In this document: positions 14,790-28,319 of the stretch, one piece after another
Position numbering within the stretch: the first letter of the stretch is position 1
Layout of the letters: each line of letters starts with the position of its first letter
Assembly (NCBI GenBank): GCA_951406725.2
Contig: OX597832.1
Span: forward strand, 34,410,001 to 34,474,000
Length of the DNA: 64,000 nucleotides
Reading direction: 5' to 3'
Source: Octopus vulgaris
Lineage: Eukaryota
The notes under the pieces: generated by a model
Database searches by the model: none
What the model saw: only the letters and a program-made list of their open reading frames with translations
Told to the model about the DNA's origin: nothing
Made by a program: the position numbers and the translations under genes

Positions 14790-16790
14790 TGGTCATGCTT
14801 CAATAACCCTGCCAAGAATTGTTTCAGCTCCGAGATGTTCTACCTTCACACTTGCATCTTTATCTTTGCTGCGGTTGTTCAGCAAGTGCTGCCTGAGTGA
14901 TACCATACGGCATCTGAAGGCCTCTACCACCTTCATTTCTTCTTAGGGAGGGCCTGTCAACATCACTGTTTCTGTGGAAGTTCCCAATTGTTGTCAAGAT
15001 TTTTCGGGTTTTGATATCTATGGAGTGGATTTCCTCTACAGACCAATCAATTATCCCAAATGGTTGGGATCAGCACTGGTACTGCAAATGCATTGTGGGA
15101 TATTGTTTTGTTGTAAGAGGGGAGTTCCGACTGCCATATTTTCGTAAGTCTGGTGTAATATCTTCGAGTCACTCTATCTTTATTCACAGTGCCTTCATAT
15201 GATACATTTTCATCTATGCTTAGGTACTTATAACATTCTTTGTGAGGAATGGGAAGATAGAGAGACCGTTGATACACAGGTTTTGGTTTTGGGGGACTGA
15301 TTTTCCTCGTTCTATAACCAAATATGAACATTTTTTTTGGCCAAATTCCATGCTTATATCAGCTGAAAATGTTATTAATTCTAATTGTGTTTTTGCATTC
15401 TTAACACCTTTAGCATAAATCTTCAGGTTGTCTAGAAAGATATAGTGAGTTACACTGATATTTCTATCAGTTGAAGATCCTAGCATGCAACCATTTGGCC
15501 AAAATGAAAAAAAGTACAGAAAGACTATCTCTCTGGAATATTCCTTTTGAAATGCCTGTACTATCGGAAACAATTATTGTTCTGTTTTAAGGGTAAGAAT
15601 GGTTGTTCATGTCTTTGTGAGCCTCTCTTTAGCAGTAATTAATGTAGCAGGTAATTTTGCCATATGTAGGCACTTCAACAGCTATGAATGAGAGACAGAC
15701 AGAGTCGAATACCTTCTTGTAGTAAAGCCATACTGTCACAAGATTTATACGTTCTTTTTTACTTCAAACAGTACAGGTTTGTTTATTAAAAGTTGATCGA
15801 CACCCCCCACTCCTTTCTTTCCACCAGCACGTTCAACAGTCACAATATTCTTCGACTCACAATGGTCATGGAGGAATTGTTTGAGGCAATTTGTGTACAG
15901 CTCGTACATAATGTTTTGGCAAGCAATGGGCCCGTAGTTTCCTGCCATCTGCGTAATTTCCTGTTTGGCCACAAGATTTGTCCTTGCTGTAGAAAACCGA
16001 TTTGGCATATCTGTCTGACCTTTCAGAGTCCTTTTGAACATACATATCAATTGGTTTCTATAAAATGCCAGCTTCTTGTACTAATATCCAACTATTAGGC
16101 CCCTTCCAGGTGCCTTCCCATTCTGCAGTTTACCCACTGCAATAGCGAAGGTTTCTGCATCAATTTTGTTTGTTTTACTGTTAGTACTGGTCCAGTATTC
16201 TCTCTCATTTGTATTTAGCCATGATGCATTCAGGTTGAAATCCCTCTTTCTGTTCCAAATTTTTTACTAGGATGATTGTAGACCTTCTTGGGAGGAAGCT
16301 TTCTTAATGGTAATATTTTTCTTCCTCATCTCTCTGTATATTTCTTGTGGATTGGAAGCAAACTTGGGATTGATACTGTTTCGTTCAAACATTCGCATGC
16401 GGTAGCGGAGTTTCTCGCTCATCGTCCTGAGTTCATGTCTTAAAATGATTAGCTTTTCCTCAAGAGCTCAATGGGACGAGTTGCCATAAAGTTTCGTTAA
16501 TTTTTGTCTAAGGTAGAGTTGGTGAGGTGTAAATTCATTTTCTCCTTACATTTTATTGTTGTAGTTAACGATCCGATATGGTGGTGCATGCTGTTGATTT
16601 TTTTTTCATCTAGGTTGTTTCCATTTAGTAATTTCCTTACTTTGTTCACCGTAGGTTTCTCCTTGGTGTTCTTTAAGAGTAATAACATTTGTGTATATAA
16701 GAATATTAACATTCCAGTAATTAACATCACACGATTCCATGTGCTCTCCAGCAACATCGTTGATAACCTTAACCATTAGATCACTTTTGT
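14790..16790 (-). mobile_element. Degenerate R4/Dong-type LINE, N-terminal region and RT
   Basis: NYGPIACQNIMYELYT...AGGKKGVGGVDQLLINK, THYIFLDNLKIYAK (YxDD-like), FGQKKC, YKYLSIDEN, KIWQSEL..YNKTISHNAFAVPVL; many stops and frameshifts. Confidence 0.85.
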
Positions 16791-16796
16791 GATTTG

Positions 16797-17621
16797 TAAT
16801 AATAGTAATACTGGGTTAAACTAAACAGAAAAGAAATAGACAAAGCAAAATCCCCAAAATGGCTGAGAAGCTCAGGACTCAAAGCAGAGACTGAAGGATT
16901 TTTAACTGCAGCACAAGATCAAAGCCTTCCCACCAGAATTTACCAAAAACATGTAATGAGAAGAAATACAAGTAACTGCAGAATATGTGCAGATGAAGAA
17001 GAAACAATAAATCATATTGTCTCTGGTTTCCCAGTCCTGGCTAAGAAGGAATATATTCATAGACACGACAGAGTTGGGGACCTATAAACACTGGAACCTA
17101 TGCCAACACTATGGAATAACAACAGAAAAAAGATGGTATAGGCACACGCCAGAAAAGGTTCCAGAAAATGAGAAAGCAACAATACTCTGGGAGATGAAAT
17201 TAAGGCAAATAGGCCGGATATAGTTGTCAGAGATCACCAAGAAAAGAACTGTTTTCTACTCGATGTATCAATACCAAAAGATGACAATACTTCTCTAAAC
17301 AAAATGGAGAAACTTTCAAGATATAAAGATCTGGAAATAGAGGCAACTTCAATGTGGAGCCTAAAAGCAGAAACAATTCTTATCATATTAGGTTTATTTG
17401 GTATGATAAAAAATATTCAGACAAATACATAACAAAACCACCAGGACTTACAAGTATGTGTAATATACAGAAAATAGTACTACTGGGGACTGCACACATC
17501 CTACGTAAAATACTTTAAATACAGTGAAAATAAGAGCCCCACAACAAACCACAGCATATACCCAAGGCACACAGAGCTGCGCTCAGTAGTGCAGTGAAGA
17601 CACGTGATAAAAATAAGACTA

Positions 17622-17664
<43 letters not shown>
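16797..17664 (+). mobile_element. 5'-truncated R4/Dong-type LINE 3' end (CCHC plus restriction-like endonuclease) with (AAT)n tail
   Basis: KWLRSSGLKAETEGFLTAAQDQSLPTR...CRICADEEETINHIVSG.PVLAKKEYIHRHD...RPDIVVRD...LLDVSIP...EKLSRYKDL; TAA repeats at both junctions. Confidence 0.92.
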
Positions 17665-17666
<2 letters not shown>

Positions 17667-19295
17667 GTTATTCAATGGCGTCTGTGATTGTTCTGCAAAT
17701 GTAGCTCGTCCTTACAGGAGGAAGACGTGTGTTTTTTGTGGTAACTTGCACTTTCCAGGACAAACTAATCGCTTGATTTCTGGCATGCAGGCCTATATGT
17801 GAAGAGTTTATAGTGGAACTAAAACCATCATTTTCGTGAAATGTCTTTTACGGTGGCGACTGACGTGACTCTCTTAAAAATTTCCTTGAAATAGTTTCGC
17901 GTGTGTATGTTTTGTTTGTCTTTGCGGGTGTGTGTGTATGTGTGTCTGTATGTATGTCTAATATGTGTGTGTGTTGATATTTACATTTAAGTAAAATATG
18001 TATGAGCATCATCAAATGCTCACAAGCACGTATACACTCACATTCACACACACAAATATAAATTATATATACATGCATACATACATATACGTATATGTAT
18101 ATATATATAGAACTTCCAAATATTTATGCATGTGTACATACTCATACACACACATATATGTATATACACACACATGTATAGAGAGAGAATGAGATAGATA
18201 GATAGACACATAATTTTTATGTAAATACACACCCTTATATGCATACACACATACGTACGCTTGTGAGTGAGTGAGTGTATACACACCTCTCCATATTCAT
18301 CATATAGCTATGTGTTATACTGAGTGGTTGCAACCAAAAGAGACAGCAGGAACACAATTACAAAATCGAAACAGACAGTTCTCGAATGGCAGCATAACAG
18401 ATTACTGAGAATCCCTGTGTATCACATAATCAATCATAGTTATATGATTAAAGTCATAGTTAATAGCAACCATTGTAGGAGAGACACAAATTTATGCTCA
18501 GTGAAAGACGACAGGCCTGCAGTGAAAAATCTAAAAGTACTTCAGCATTGAAACTCCTTGTACAGAAATGAATCTTTTCTTGTACTGTGTCAATGAATAA
18601 GAGAGAGAGAGAGATGGGATATAGTTAGGGGAGAGAGAAAGAAAATCAGACAAACAGACAGACACATCTGTGCTGCTGTGGGTAATGTTCTACTGTATGT
18701 AATTTCTCGAAAAAGCATCCAGCTTACCAAAGGTCAAGTTTCTTCTTCACAGTGGAAGCCTAGGTTTCGATTTTTACGGAAGTCCTTTATTGGCACAAGC
18801 ATGTGCTCTACTTCTCCGGTCCCACCGATGTTATCCAATCGGATGAGAAGGGTCGATACATTTAACGGCATATTGTAATACAAATTAAATAAAGGCATCG
18901 CAGCATGAACCTTCCAGCGTCAACGATAGCTGTGCTAGGAATATAAAACAAATTTCCCTCAAATTACAATTTATATTCAGCCTCTCTCTATTAACATTTA
19001 CCATGCAAGTGCATTTATATATATCAAGATCTGAGCCAGATTTTTTGTTGTGGAAGTCTAGTTGCTACCCATGCATGAAAGACTCTACTTCTCCTTACCA
19101 CCAATGTTTATCCGAAAAGCACGGCCATCCACAGGGCTGTTACTACACCTTCACTCAATTTTCGTCAGAATGCGAAGAGACAGGTCATATACTACAAAGT
19201 GTTCTCTAATAATCAGTTCTCCAATAATTCCAGCACACACAGCCTTCGAATGGTACTCATCGAGCCCTCAGAACCAAATGAATAAAAAGCAACAT

Positions 19296-19402
19296 TAACT
19301 TTGACGAGATTCGAACTCGGATCACAGCGACTTCTGACGTATGCCGCTGGTGGTGAAGACTTTTATTCGACGCTGTTACCATTCGGCCGATTCAGCGCCT
19401 TT
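19296..19402 (-). mobile_element. SINE family A head fragment
   Basis: Minus strand GGCGCTGAATCGGCCGAATGGTAACAGCGTCG...GAGTTCGAATCTCGTCAAAGTT. Confidence 0.55.
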
Positions 19403-19614
19403 TCTTCACTGAAGCAACATTTTTACACGATATTTGCATTTAATGTACATATATCGGTGGAGGGAATGCGGCGCATGGAAGCATGTGTATTTATGCGTTC
19501 ATATAGGCATACGTATACATACCTAGATTTACTGACTGGATATTTGTGAGTGTACGAGAGTGTAATTCTGATGTGTGTGTGCGTGCGTATCTATATATGT
19601 GTTTATATATTTAT

Positions 19615-20008
19615 ATAATAACAAAGGGTAAAATTAATTAAATAAGAAGTAATCAATAATTTCACCAAGTAGAATTCGGCATGAAAAAGGACCATTTCAC
19701 GGTAAACTTAGGTAATACTTTATAATTAGGGTTCAGCAAAGATTTGCTTTACCAAATACCGAAGTTTAGAAATAGCAGCCAAAAAATCTTAGCTATTTCT
19801 TCTACTTTAAAAAGGGACTCCCAGAAAAACAAAAATACTTGAAAACAACCTATGCAGGCAGAGAGGAAAAATAACGAAAATCAATCTATATCTGGTTTTT
19901 CTGGGAGTCCCTTTTTAAAGTAGAAGAAATAGCTAAGATTTTTTGGCTGCTTTTTCTAAACTTCGGTATGTGGTAAAGCAAATCTTTGCTGAACCCTAAT
20001 TATAAAGT
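19615..20008. mobile_element. Non-coding palindromic element (~115 bp arms, ~60 bp spacer, left arm extended ~100 bp) in TA-rich repeats; probably PLE-terminus-derived
   Basis: 19716-19830 (TACTTTATAATTAGGGTTCAGCAAAGATTTGC...GGGACTCCCAGAAAAAC) is the reverse complement of 19895-20009. Confidence 0.8.
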
Positions 20009-20149
20009 ATATATTTATATATATATATCATATATATCCATATATATCTGTGTATATATAATATATATATATATATATACACACACAGATACATACATAC
20101 AGGCATACAAACATATGTATATGTGTGTGTGTGTATGTATATGCATATG

Positions 20150-20425
20150 TTTGGGCTTCAAAAGCCCACAGATCTTCAGTATCCTCGCACACAGCCTGAG
20201 AGACCTGCATGGCGTGGATGTAGGCCTTTTCAAAACAAAACTTCGTCTCCTTCTGTCAAGAGTTCCAGATAAACCTACTTCTAGGCAAGAAACGCAGATG
20301 AGGGCAGCAACGTCAAATTTCCTCTTCCACCAAGTGTCACATAGAGGAAGTTTTGTGAAAGTGTAGCAATGTAAACGGCGCTGTCCCAGCATGACCACTG
20401 TCCTCGGACTGAAATTTAGAAAGAA
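20150..20425 (+). mobile_element. CR1-group LINE 3' end
   Basis: LGFKSPQIFSILAHSLRDLHGVDVGLFKTKLRLLLSRVPDKPTSRQETQMRAATSN, then tail CCCAGCATGACCAC...GACTGAAA; same family as 22400. Confidence 0.85.
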
Positions 20426-20443
20426 GGGATATATATATATGTA

Positions 20444-20493
<50 letters not shown>

Positions 20494-20838
20494 CATATAT
20501 ATTCACAGACTTAGGTTTCTGGATGTTATCGGTCCTCAGTGTGAGGCAACCAGAAGTTAGTGACGAAACTCTCTCCACTTGAAAATACTTAAATTCGTTA
20601 AGCGACACACAGTCGCTGATCTCGTATAGAGAAAAACAACTTGTTTGGAATCTCTGAGCGAGAGAAATACAGTAACAGTACCGAATAGTAATGTTTATAT
20701 GTCAGCAGAATGTGGAAGTCCTATGAAGGACGATGTTACTGTTGTTTTAGCCCCAGGAAAATATCTTTTCCAGTTGGCTATCGACACACAGTTTGTGTCC
20801 GTATAGCATTTGTAAGGGAGGTCATGGCTCCCATCTCT

Positions 20839-20872
<34 letters not shown>

Positions 20873-20884
20873 GCGTTGAAACTC

Positions 20885-21335
20885 TATTCGCTCCACTGCC
20901 GCCGAGGGCCGTACATTATTTGCACGTTGTGGAGAATATACCACCAGCATTGCCCAAACGACTTCAACATTAGTTTTAGAATACATTGAGGGCTGGGACC
21001 ACGAGCCATACGTCCCCTACCCAATTCAGAATCACAATACATAAATACACAGCAACAAAATTTCTTTTCCTCAACAGACTCTGGCCTATATATAGCATTG
21101 TCCTGAAACAGATCAAAGAGGAAAAGGATCCCATCACCTTTAAACGGAATCTGGACAAATTTCTTCAAGGAATATCAAATGAGCCACCTTACCTGGATAT
21201 AAGACATTCAACAAGAACTCCCTACTCGAATGGACCATGTCTGACTTAAAAGGGATGTAGCCAATCCTATCAAGTGGTGCTATTAAGTAAGACATAGTCT
21301 GGACCAATCTTTGGTCAAAACATATCGAAGTTATA
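20885..21335 (+). mobile_element. CR1-group LINE 3' end, second family
   Basis: YIICTLWRIYHQHCPND...GPRAIRPLP...IKEEKDPITFKRNLDKFLQGISNEPP. Confidence 0.75.
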
Positions 21336-21384
21336 TATACTTATTTTTATATATATAAGTGTAAGATCTAAGGATCGAAGTATA

Positions 21385-21728
21385 GGAGAGAAGTGAGCTT
21401 CAAGCTGTCCGTAGAAAATATAAAAGACAACTTTCAGGAACAACAGCGGTTTATTGGGTGGAATGGGTGGAATGTTGTGAATTATTCCCATATCCAAGAA
21501 CGATAAACTGGAAAAAGTTATTTTATATTTCACGGTAGGCAGCCAGGGTTGCCAGGAATGCGAATAAAAATCCAAATGTTAAGGAATGGAGTAGATAAAA
21601 TCCGGGATATATATGTTTCATAGCGAGGGAAACCTCACACCTCGCTTGGATATTTACTGCTTCCGAGGATCCGCTCGCTATGAAATGCATGTAGTCCGGA
21701 TTTTACCTACTCCATCTCTTAACTTTTC
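21385..21728. mobile_element. Centre-deleted copy of the palindromic family seen at 51575
   Basis: GTTAAGGAATGGAGTAGATAAAATCCGGGATATATATGTTTCATAGCGAG and CTCGCTATGAAATGCATGTAGTCCGGATTTTACCTACTCCATCTCTTAAC are inverted; the left extension matches 51865-51990 in reverse complement. Confidence 0.8.
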
Positions 21729-21731
21729 GAT

Positions 21732-21764
<33 letters not shown>

Positions 21765-22394
21765 TATTCAAAAAGGATGTTCAACATTACCACATACAGA
21801 AAGATTATCTTTGACGTTCAATTACCATTATATAATTATACATACTAACTTGACGTACCTAAGTACGAGCACATCTTTCAAATACTCTGTAATGTTTTCT
21901 AACAAAATTGAAATTTCATTCATACAGATTCTGCTATTTTCACCCTTTTCACCCACTTTGAACTGTATTCTATAATATATTACGTGCTTTTCTTTCTGTA
22001 AGAATGTTGTGGAGACAGCTTCGTCTGTGAACATTGTCATTTCGACTGCATAACTTTAAATGACTCCGTTCGATATTGTTTGCTCCTCGAGTTCGTTTCC
22101 TGTCAATTACCATTTCCAAATTAGGCACGCTTCGTTGTGTGAGTGTACATGCACTTATTTGTAAGCATGCGGGTTTGTATATTTTCATACATACATATAT
22201 CTGTAAATACACACGCACATATACACAAACACAAATACAGACACACAAGCGCATGTAAACATATACACACACACATTGATATATATATATTTATAAATAT
22301 ATATATCGGTATATGTGTGTGAATTTGGTGTTTATTGTCTTCATAGAACACAGCCAGCTGCAACGACTCTTGTCTTTAAGGAGACTATAATATA

Positions 22395-23345
22395 TCTGTT
22401 ATCTTTTACTAGTTTCAGCTCACGGCTGAGGTCATGCTGGTGCACCACCTGTAGTTACTCGGTGTTGTTTCCAATATTGTTTTTGGTGAAGTAGCGAGTT
22501 GGACGGAGCCACTCTTCTTTGCGTTTCCTGCCGCGATGTCAGTTCAACTGGTATCTCAGATAGAAACCTGTCTAGACGTTCCTTGAAAACTTCCACATCA
22601 GCAACATGTAGATCTCTAAGGTTGCTTGGCAGGATGTTGAACAATTTCGAGCCCTTGAAACCCAGACTATTGCAGTACTGTGTCCTTATTTTAGATGGGG
22701 AAGACGGATTCTTTGGTATGATGCAGTGCTGCCCAGTTCGAGGATTGGTCTAGCTGTCAATTCCAAAATTGGGAGCGAAACCCTCCAAGATCTTCTAAAT
22801 ATATATCACCGCATATCTCTCTTGTTTTCTCTCCAGGGAATATAGACTCAGCTCCTTCAGCTCCTCCCAGTAGCCCATCTTTGCATCGAGTCAATCTTCT
22901 TTGTGTATTGGCGGTGGATGGCTTCGAGTTCCACAGTTTGTTTTACTCTCTGGGGACCATAGCTGGGAGCAGTAATCGAAGCGGCTCAGAACGAAAGTCT
23001 TCCATATGGGTAGCAAGGCTTCCCTTATCTGGTTCTGAATGTCCTTAGAATCCAGCCAGCCACTCGCCTGCACAGTGTTGCCATCTTGGTAATATGCACA
23101 TGGAATGTTGCATCATTGCTCATGTGAACCCCCAGGTCACGCACCGACTCTGACTCTGAGATCGTATTACCTTCTGGTCCAGTGTATTCCTATTTTAACC
23201 TGGTGTTGGGTCGATAGTGAAGTGCCTGAAATTTCATAGCATTGAACTGCATGTTATTTTTGTTAGCCCATTTGTATATTTCATTCAGGTCTTTCTGCAG
23301 TTTTATGATGTCCTCTGGGTTCCTAACTGCCTGCGATACTTTTGT
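22395..23345 (-). mobile_element. CR1-group LINE, RT C-terminal half and 3' tail
   Basis: RDLGVHMSNDATF...GWILRTFRTR...FVLSRFDYCSQLWSP...LSLYSLERKQERY...SLGFKGSKLFNILPSNLRDLHVADVEVFKERLDRFLSEIP. Confidence 0.9.
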
Positions 23346-23675
23346 AGGATTAGCCCTGGCATTAACTGTAGAACTAGAAATGTAGTTTACAGCATAAGAT
23401 GCATAGAAGATGCTTGTAAAGACATGAACATGACATACATAGGGGAGACATCTAGGAGAATTGCGGAACGACTAAATGAACATTTGAGACAACATGACGA
23501 CAAAAAACAGTGCTCCATACTCTACCAACATGCCAAGGACCAACATGGAGGCAACCTGGGTCAACTTGACATCTGCATCTTATCCAAGCACCCAAAGGAC
23601 CCAACACTCAGACAAATACAGGAGTATGTTCTCATAAATGAAACTTACCCAATACTAAATAGGAAATATACATAG
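23346..23675 (+). pseudogene. GIY-YIG endonuclease C-terminus of a second (non-Naiad-like) PLE type
   Basis: INCRTRNVVYSIRCIEDAC...TYIGETSRRIAERLNEH...SILYQHAKDQH...DPTLRQIQEYVLINETYPILNRK, uninterrupted. Confidence 0.88.
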
Positions 23676-23756
23676 TAGATATCATATCCCCATACCCACA
23701 GTTTACACAGGTAATAGTTAATGGGCTGTTATGTAGATGTGTGTATCTGTGTGGGG

Positions 23757-23810
<54 letters not shown>

Positions 23811-23939
23811 TGTATATAAGCATATGGATATGGAAGTAAACAGATCAACAGACAGACGGATAGGTACATAGGTTATATGAACAGACAAGCACACATACGC
23901 ACACATACACAAATGAAGACTGAAACACATGACCATATA

Positions 23940-24305
23940 TACACACACTTTACTTTAAGCAAGGACTCATATGGAGACACACATATAGAGATGCACATTC
24001 ATACATACAAACACGGTACATAGTTGCAAAACACACGCACACGCAGACATGCACACACAAGGAGAGAGAGATACACACACACATATATACAAACACACAT
24101 ATACACAAAAAAACACACGAACACGGAAACACATGAATATGCAGAATACATACATACGAATATACACACATACATACATATATACATATGCACACACATA
24201 CATGCATACACGCACATACATGCATACACACACATACATAAATACATACATGCATGTGTAGGCACCCCCACGCACACACTAACCCACACACATGCGCACA
24301 AACAA
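23940..24305. repeat. Degenerate CA/CATA low-complexity tract
   Basis: Direct reading. Confidence 0.85.
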
Positions 24306-25004
24306 AAAGGAACGCAGTGTGAATAACTGACAGTCAAAACTCTTGAAAAGGTTGCAACATGCAACGAAAATTTTAGAAATATTTTTTTTAAATGAGTGGA
24401 AATTTTACCGGTGAGTGTGTTAAATTATAAAACACCAAAAGAGACACAACAGAATATGTTTCAATACACGAAATCACATAAAAAAAAATTTGCAAACCAA
24501 ATCCAAAAACGAAATATATATACATATGTATGCACGATGAGCTTCCGCACAGTTTCTGCCAAACAAATTCACTTGCAAGACTTTGAACACAACGGGCTTA
24601 AACACACACATATATACAAACACGCACACATATATATAATCACATCCGTTATATGAATAGGCAGTCTATACGCAGATATATCTGCAGATTTATGGGTGCG
24701 TGTGTGTGTATGTAGAGAGAGAAACAGACAGAGAAAAGAGGGTATGTGTAAGAAAACGTTTGTGTATACAAGAGTATAAAGCTATGTGTTTATGAATATA
24801 TGCGCGAATGTATTATATTTGGACGCTAAATATGTTACTGGCAAAACAAACCATTAAAGTCGAGCCAAATATGAACTTTACACAAACACACACACACACA
24901 CTTATCTCTCTATATGTATTCAAATATATATATATGGGTATATATACATATGTATATATATTTATGTGCGTGTATATATATATATGCATACATATATACA
25001 CACA

Positions 25005-25052
<48 letters not shown>

Positions 25053-25415
25053 CATAGATTGATACACATATATATATATACACACACACATATATATATA
25101 TATTTATATATATATATATATGTAAACGCTTTGTGCTACTGCTACTTCTCTAATGATTTAATCTTTACATCTAGATTAAACGTAATTCGGTATTATCACT
25201 GGAATCAGTTTGAATGTTTCATTTTACGAGAGGCTTATTGCTTCTTCATAATTTTTATGACTGTTGACAACGATTTAAAATGGAGGTTATCTCAACATCG
25301 CACCGAAATCTTCTATTTTCCATTTTTAACATGCTGTATTCGTCAGTGTTATGATACGATTTTACTATCTTGTACATACATGTAAACAAATAGATGCTTA
25401 CACACAAGATGTGTA

Positions 25416-25449
<34 letters not shown>

Positions 25450-26064
25450 CTTACATATGTGCGTATGGGTGTATGTATATAGTTGAAATTTACAGAAAAA
25501 CAAGACGAAGAAAGGTGCATAAACACCAAGCAGATGCATTAGTTCGACGCTCGGAAAAGTGAGAAAGTCTTTTACGTGTCGAGCCTACGAGAAAATAAAC
25601 GGAGAGAGAAATTGTGGATTTAGCAATCAAATATATATTATATATTCTTATTAGACAGAATATATATATATATATAAAGAAAGAAAGAGAGAGAGAGAGA
25701 CAGACAGAGACAGACAGACAGACAGACAGACAGGTGAACAAAACTGCGTAGAATGAAACATGGTTATGTATAATCATATGTCACACGTTGCTATACACTC
25801 GGACATGGAAAGACAAAACGCCCCCCAAATTGTTTCAAGAGAAGTTCTCTTTATAACATAGATGGGTGTAAACGCCAATAGAACAGGAGCGACATCAAAC
25901 GACGCAGAAACCTGTAGGCATACGGTTCTGTGACGGTGTGCTTCATCAGCTACTAATAGCGAGCTGTCGTTCATAGCTGCAAAATGCTGGTTGCTCGTCT
26001 ATTAGAATATCACATGGTTCTTTTGCAGATGTAAGGGTTTTCATATAACCCTTCTGTTAAAAAT

Positions 26065-27020
26065 ATGAAGCCTAAAATAGACCTAGGGAAAATAGCATCG
26101 TTCCGCCCTCTCCCACACACACTTGCTTCTTAAATTTTGAGACTAACACAAGCAAGACATTTTTGACGTTATTAAATAATCATTTTTCAGTAAATCACAA
26201 ATACAGGAAGATTTTTAATAGACATTCGGTAAAAAATTTCGTACAACTGCTGCCTCGAAATGAAGGACATTATCACTCTTAAGTCACATCAAGAGCCCAC
26301 TCCCAGTTGTAAACGTCGAGACCTTGAAGTTTGCCTGCTTGATCAGAAGTGTTTGATAAACGCAGTTGTTTATGAAGTTGCAGCAGTGCTCCAAGGCAAT
26401 TAAGACAAAATGTTACACCAGTTTATGCGAAGGCAATTTTAAAAGTTGTTATGCAAACCACCAATCTTGTTACCCAAACAGTGATAAAAATAAGGTCACT
26501 CATTTTGCTAGCTATGTATGGGGTCTGAAAACCAAATGCACACCACGTACACTTAAGTAGAGAATCGTTGAGAAATCTGTGCCATATATAAAGAGATCAA
26601 AGAGATGGAGATTATGCAAAGCTGAAAGATCGCACGTGTTTTAGATCCAAGACTTCCAGCACCGTACTTAATTCCAGATCGAAAAAATTTTATAAATGCA
26701 GGGAGATGGACAAGTTTCTTTTGTCGAACTGAAGGACCAGCATCCGCCTCGTATTGAGGTGCTGTCTCACAGACTTTCGCCTTCTATCTATTGTATTATT
26801 CCGCACCAGCTACATTTATTCTGGTTTCTACAATGAAAGTGAATGAAGATCTTAATTTTCTTTTCTTTCATCTCGTTCCACTTTTAGCATTAACATTCTT
26901 CGTGTTTTTTCTTCGCGTTTTTTCTTATGTTTTCTCATAGATTAACGTCCTAGTTTCAAATACACCCAAAGTTCTGAACAGGTCCTGATGGACTACTTGG
27001 AGATATATAGCCTGACAACT
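26065..27020 (+). mobile_element. Degenerate Naiad-type PLE: GIY-YIG region (~26065-26732) and 3' UTR
   Basis: TNTSKTFLTLLNNHF..NHKYRKIFNR...CLLDQKCLINAVVYEVA...CYTSLCEGNFKSCYANHQSC...THFASYVWGLK...LNSRSKKFYKCREMDKFLL. Confidence 0.82.
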
Positions 27021-27364
27021 GATGTTGGTATGTTTACGTCCCCGTAACGTAGCAGTTCAATATGAGAGATCGATAGAATAAGTACTAGAACAAACCCCTT
27101 AAGGTCCCCTAGGGACTGTTTGAATGCCATGAAATCACTTTATGCGGGCTGGCACGATGTTGAAGAGAGCAGGGCTAGTTGAGGTGAAATGGTTCTGTCG
27201 TAGAGTTGTCATACGACAAAAACATTTCTGATGTGGACGGATGGCACGGGGGCCAAGCCTGGGATGAATATCATTTGGGCAACGTTGATATAGCGCTCAC
27301 GGCGATTTCATTGTAGTTTTATCCAACACATACTCCCTTAAGCTAGGCATCTATTTTCAGCTAT

Positions 27365-27592
27365 TTTTGTGTTTCTTTATTACCTACAAGGGGCTAAACA
27401 CAGTGGGGACAAACAAGGACAGACAAACGGATTAAGTCGATTATATCGACCCCAGTGCGTAACTGGTACTTAATTTATCGACCCTGAAATGTTGAAAGGC
27501 AAAGTCGACCTCGACGGAATTTGTACTCAGAACGTAACAGCAGACGAAATACGGCTTCGCTTTTCGCCCGGCGTGCTAACGGTTCTGCCAGG
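27365..27592 (-). mobile_element. tRNA-derived SINE family A
   Basis: Matches 35911-36138 along its length. Confidence 0.92.
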
Positions 27593-28319
27593 ACCACACC
27601 TAACCTATTTAATCAATAGACATAAATGCCTTCCCCCTCACATTATCAAAACCTTTAACATCTGACCTCTCACCCCGAACCGACACTTAAGAATAGTTCT
27701 GGTCCCTTATCTCTATCTTTATTCTTTTTATTCTTTATTTGTAATTTTTCATTTTTAAAATTTTTTATTTTGATTCTGATTTTACTTTACTTTTGATCTC
27801 ATTCATTCTTTCCTGTCTTCACTCTCTCTCTCTCTCTCTCCTTTTCTTTCTTCTCTCTTCTCTCCACTCACTCACAACCCTCTTCTGTCTATCCCGATGC
27901 CTGCCTTTCTGATTTTATATATACACGTGGCCCATTTGCACACTAGCTAACCACTTCGCCGTGAATACATCATTCAAAACACTGCCAAAATTCTGCCTGG
28001 ATTTACCTGGGCTTAAGCATAAGGACTTATGCCTTCACCGAAGTACGGACCAACCTCCACAGCCATTGGAAAAATTTGAATTGTGAACTTTTATTCTCCT
28101 CTTTGTATTCTTCTATCTACTTTTACCTTTTATTCTTCTATTTTATTCCTTATATACTGTGAATTTCTCTGTCTAGAACTTTCATACTTACTCGCCTTGT
28201 CTTTGATCAGTTTGGGATGAAAGAAACAGGTCTAAGACTTCAAATTAACATTGTGCTGATTGAATTATTGTAAATGACTTGAGATATCCGTTCTACCTTG
28301 GTTTTGATGTCCTTTTCCT

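Noticed and set aside
28198-28240. Possible hammerhead GTCTTTGATCAG...GAAACAGGTCTAAGAC
   Set aside because: Core has two mismatches and stem II is unclear; at most a decayed remnant.
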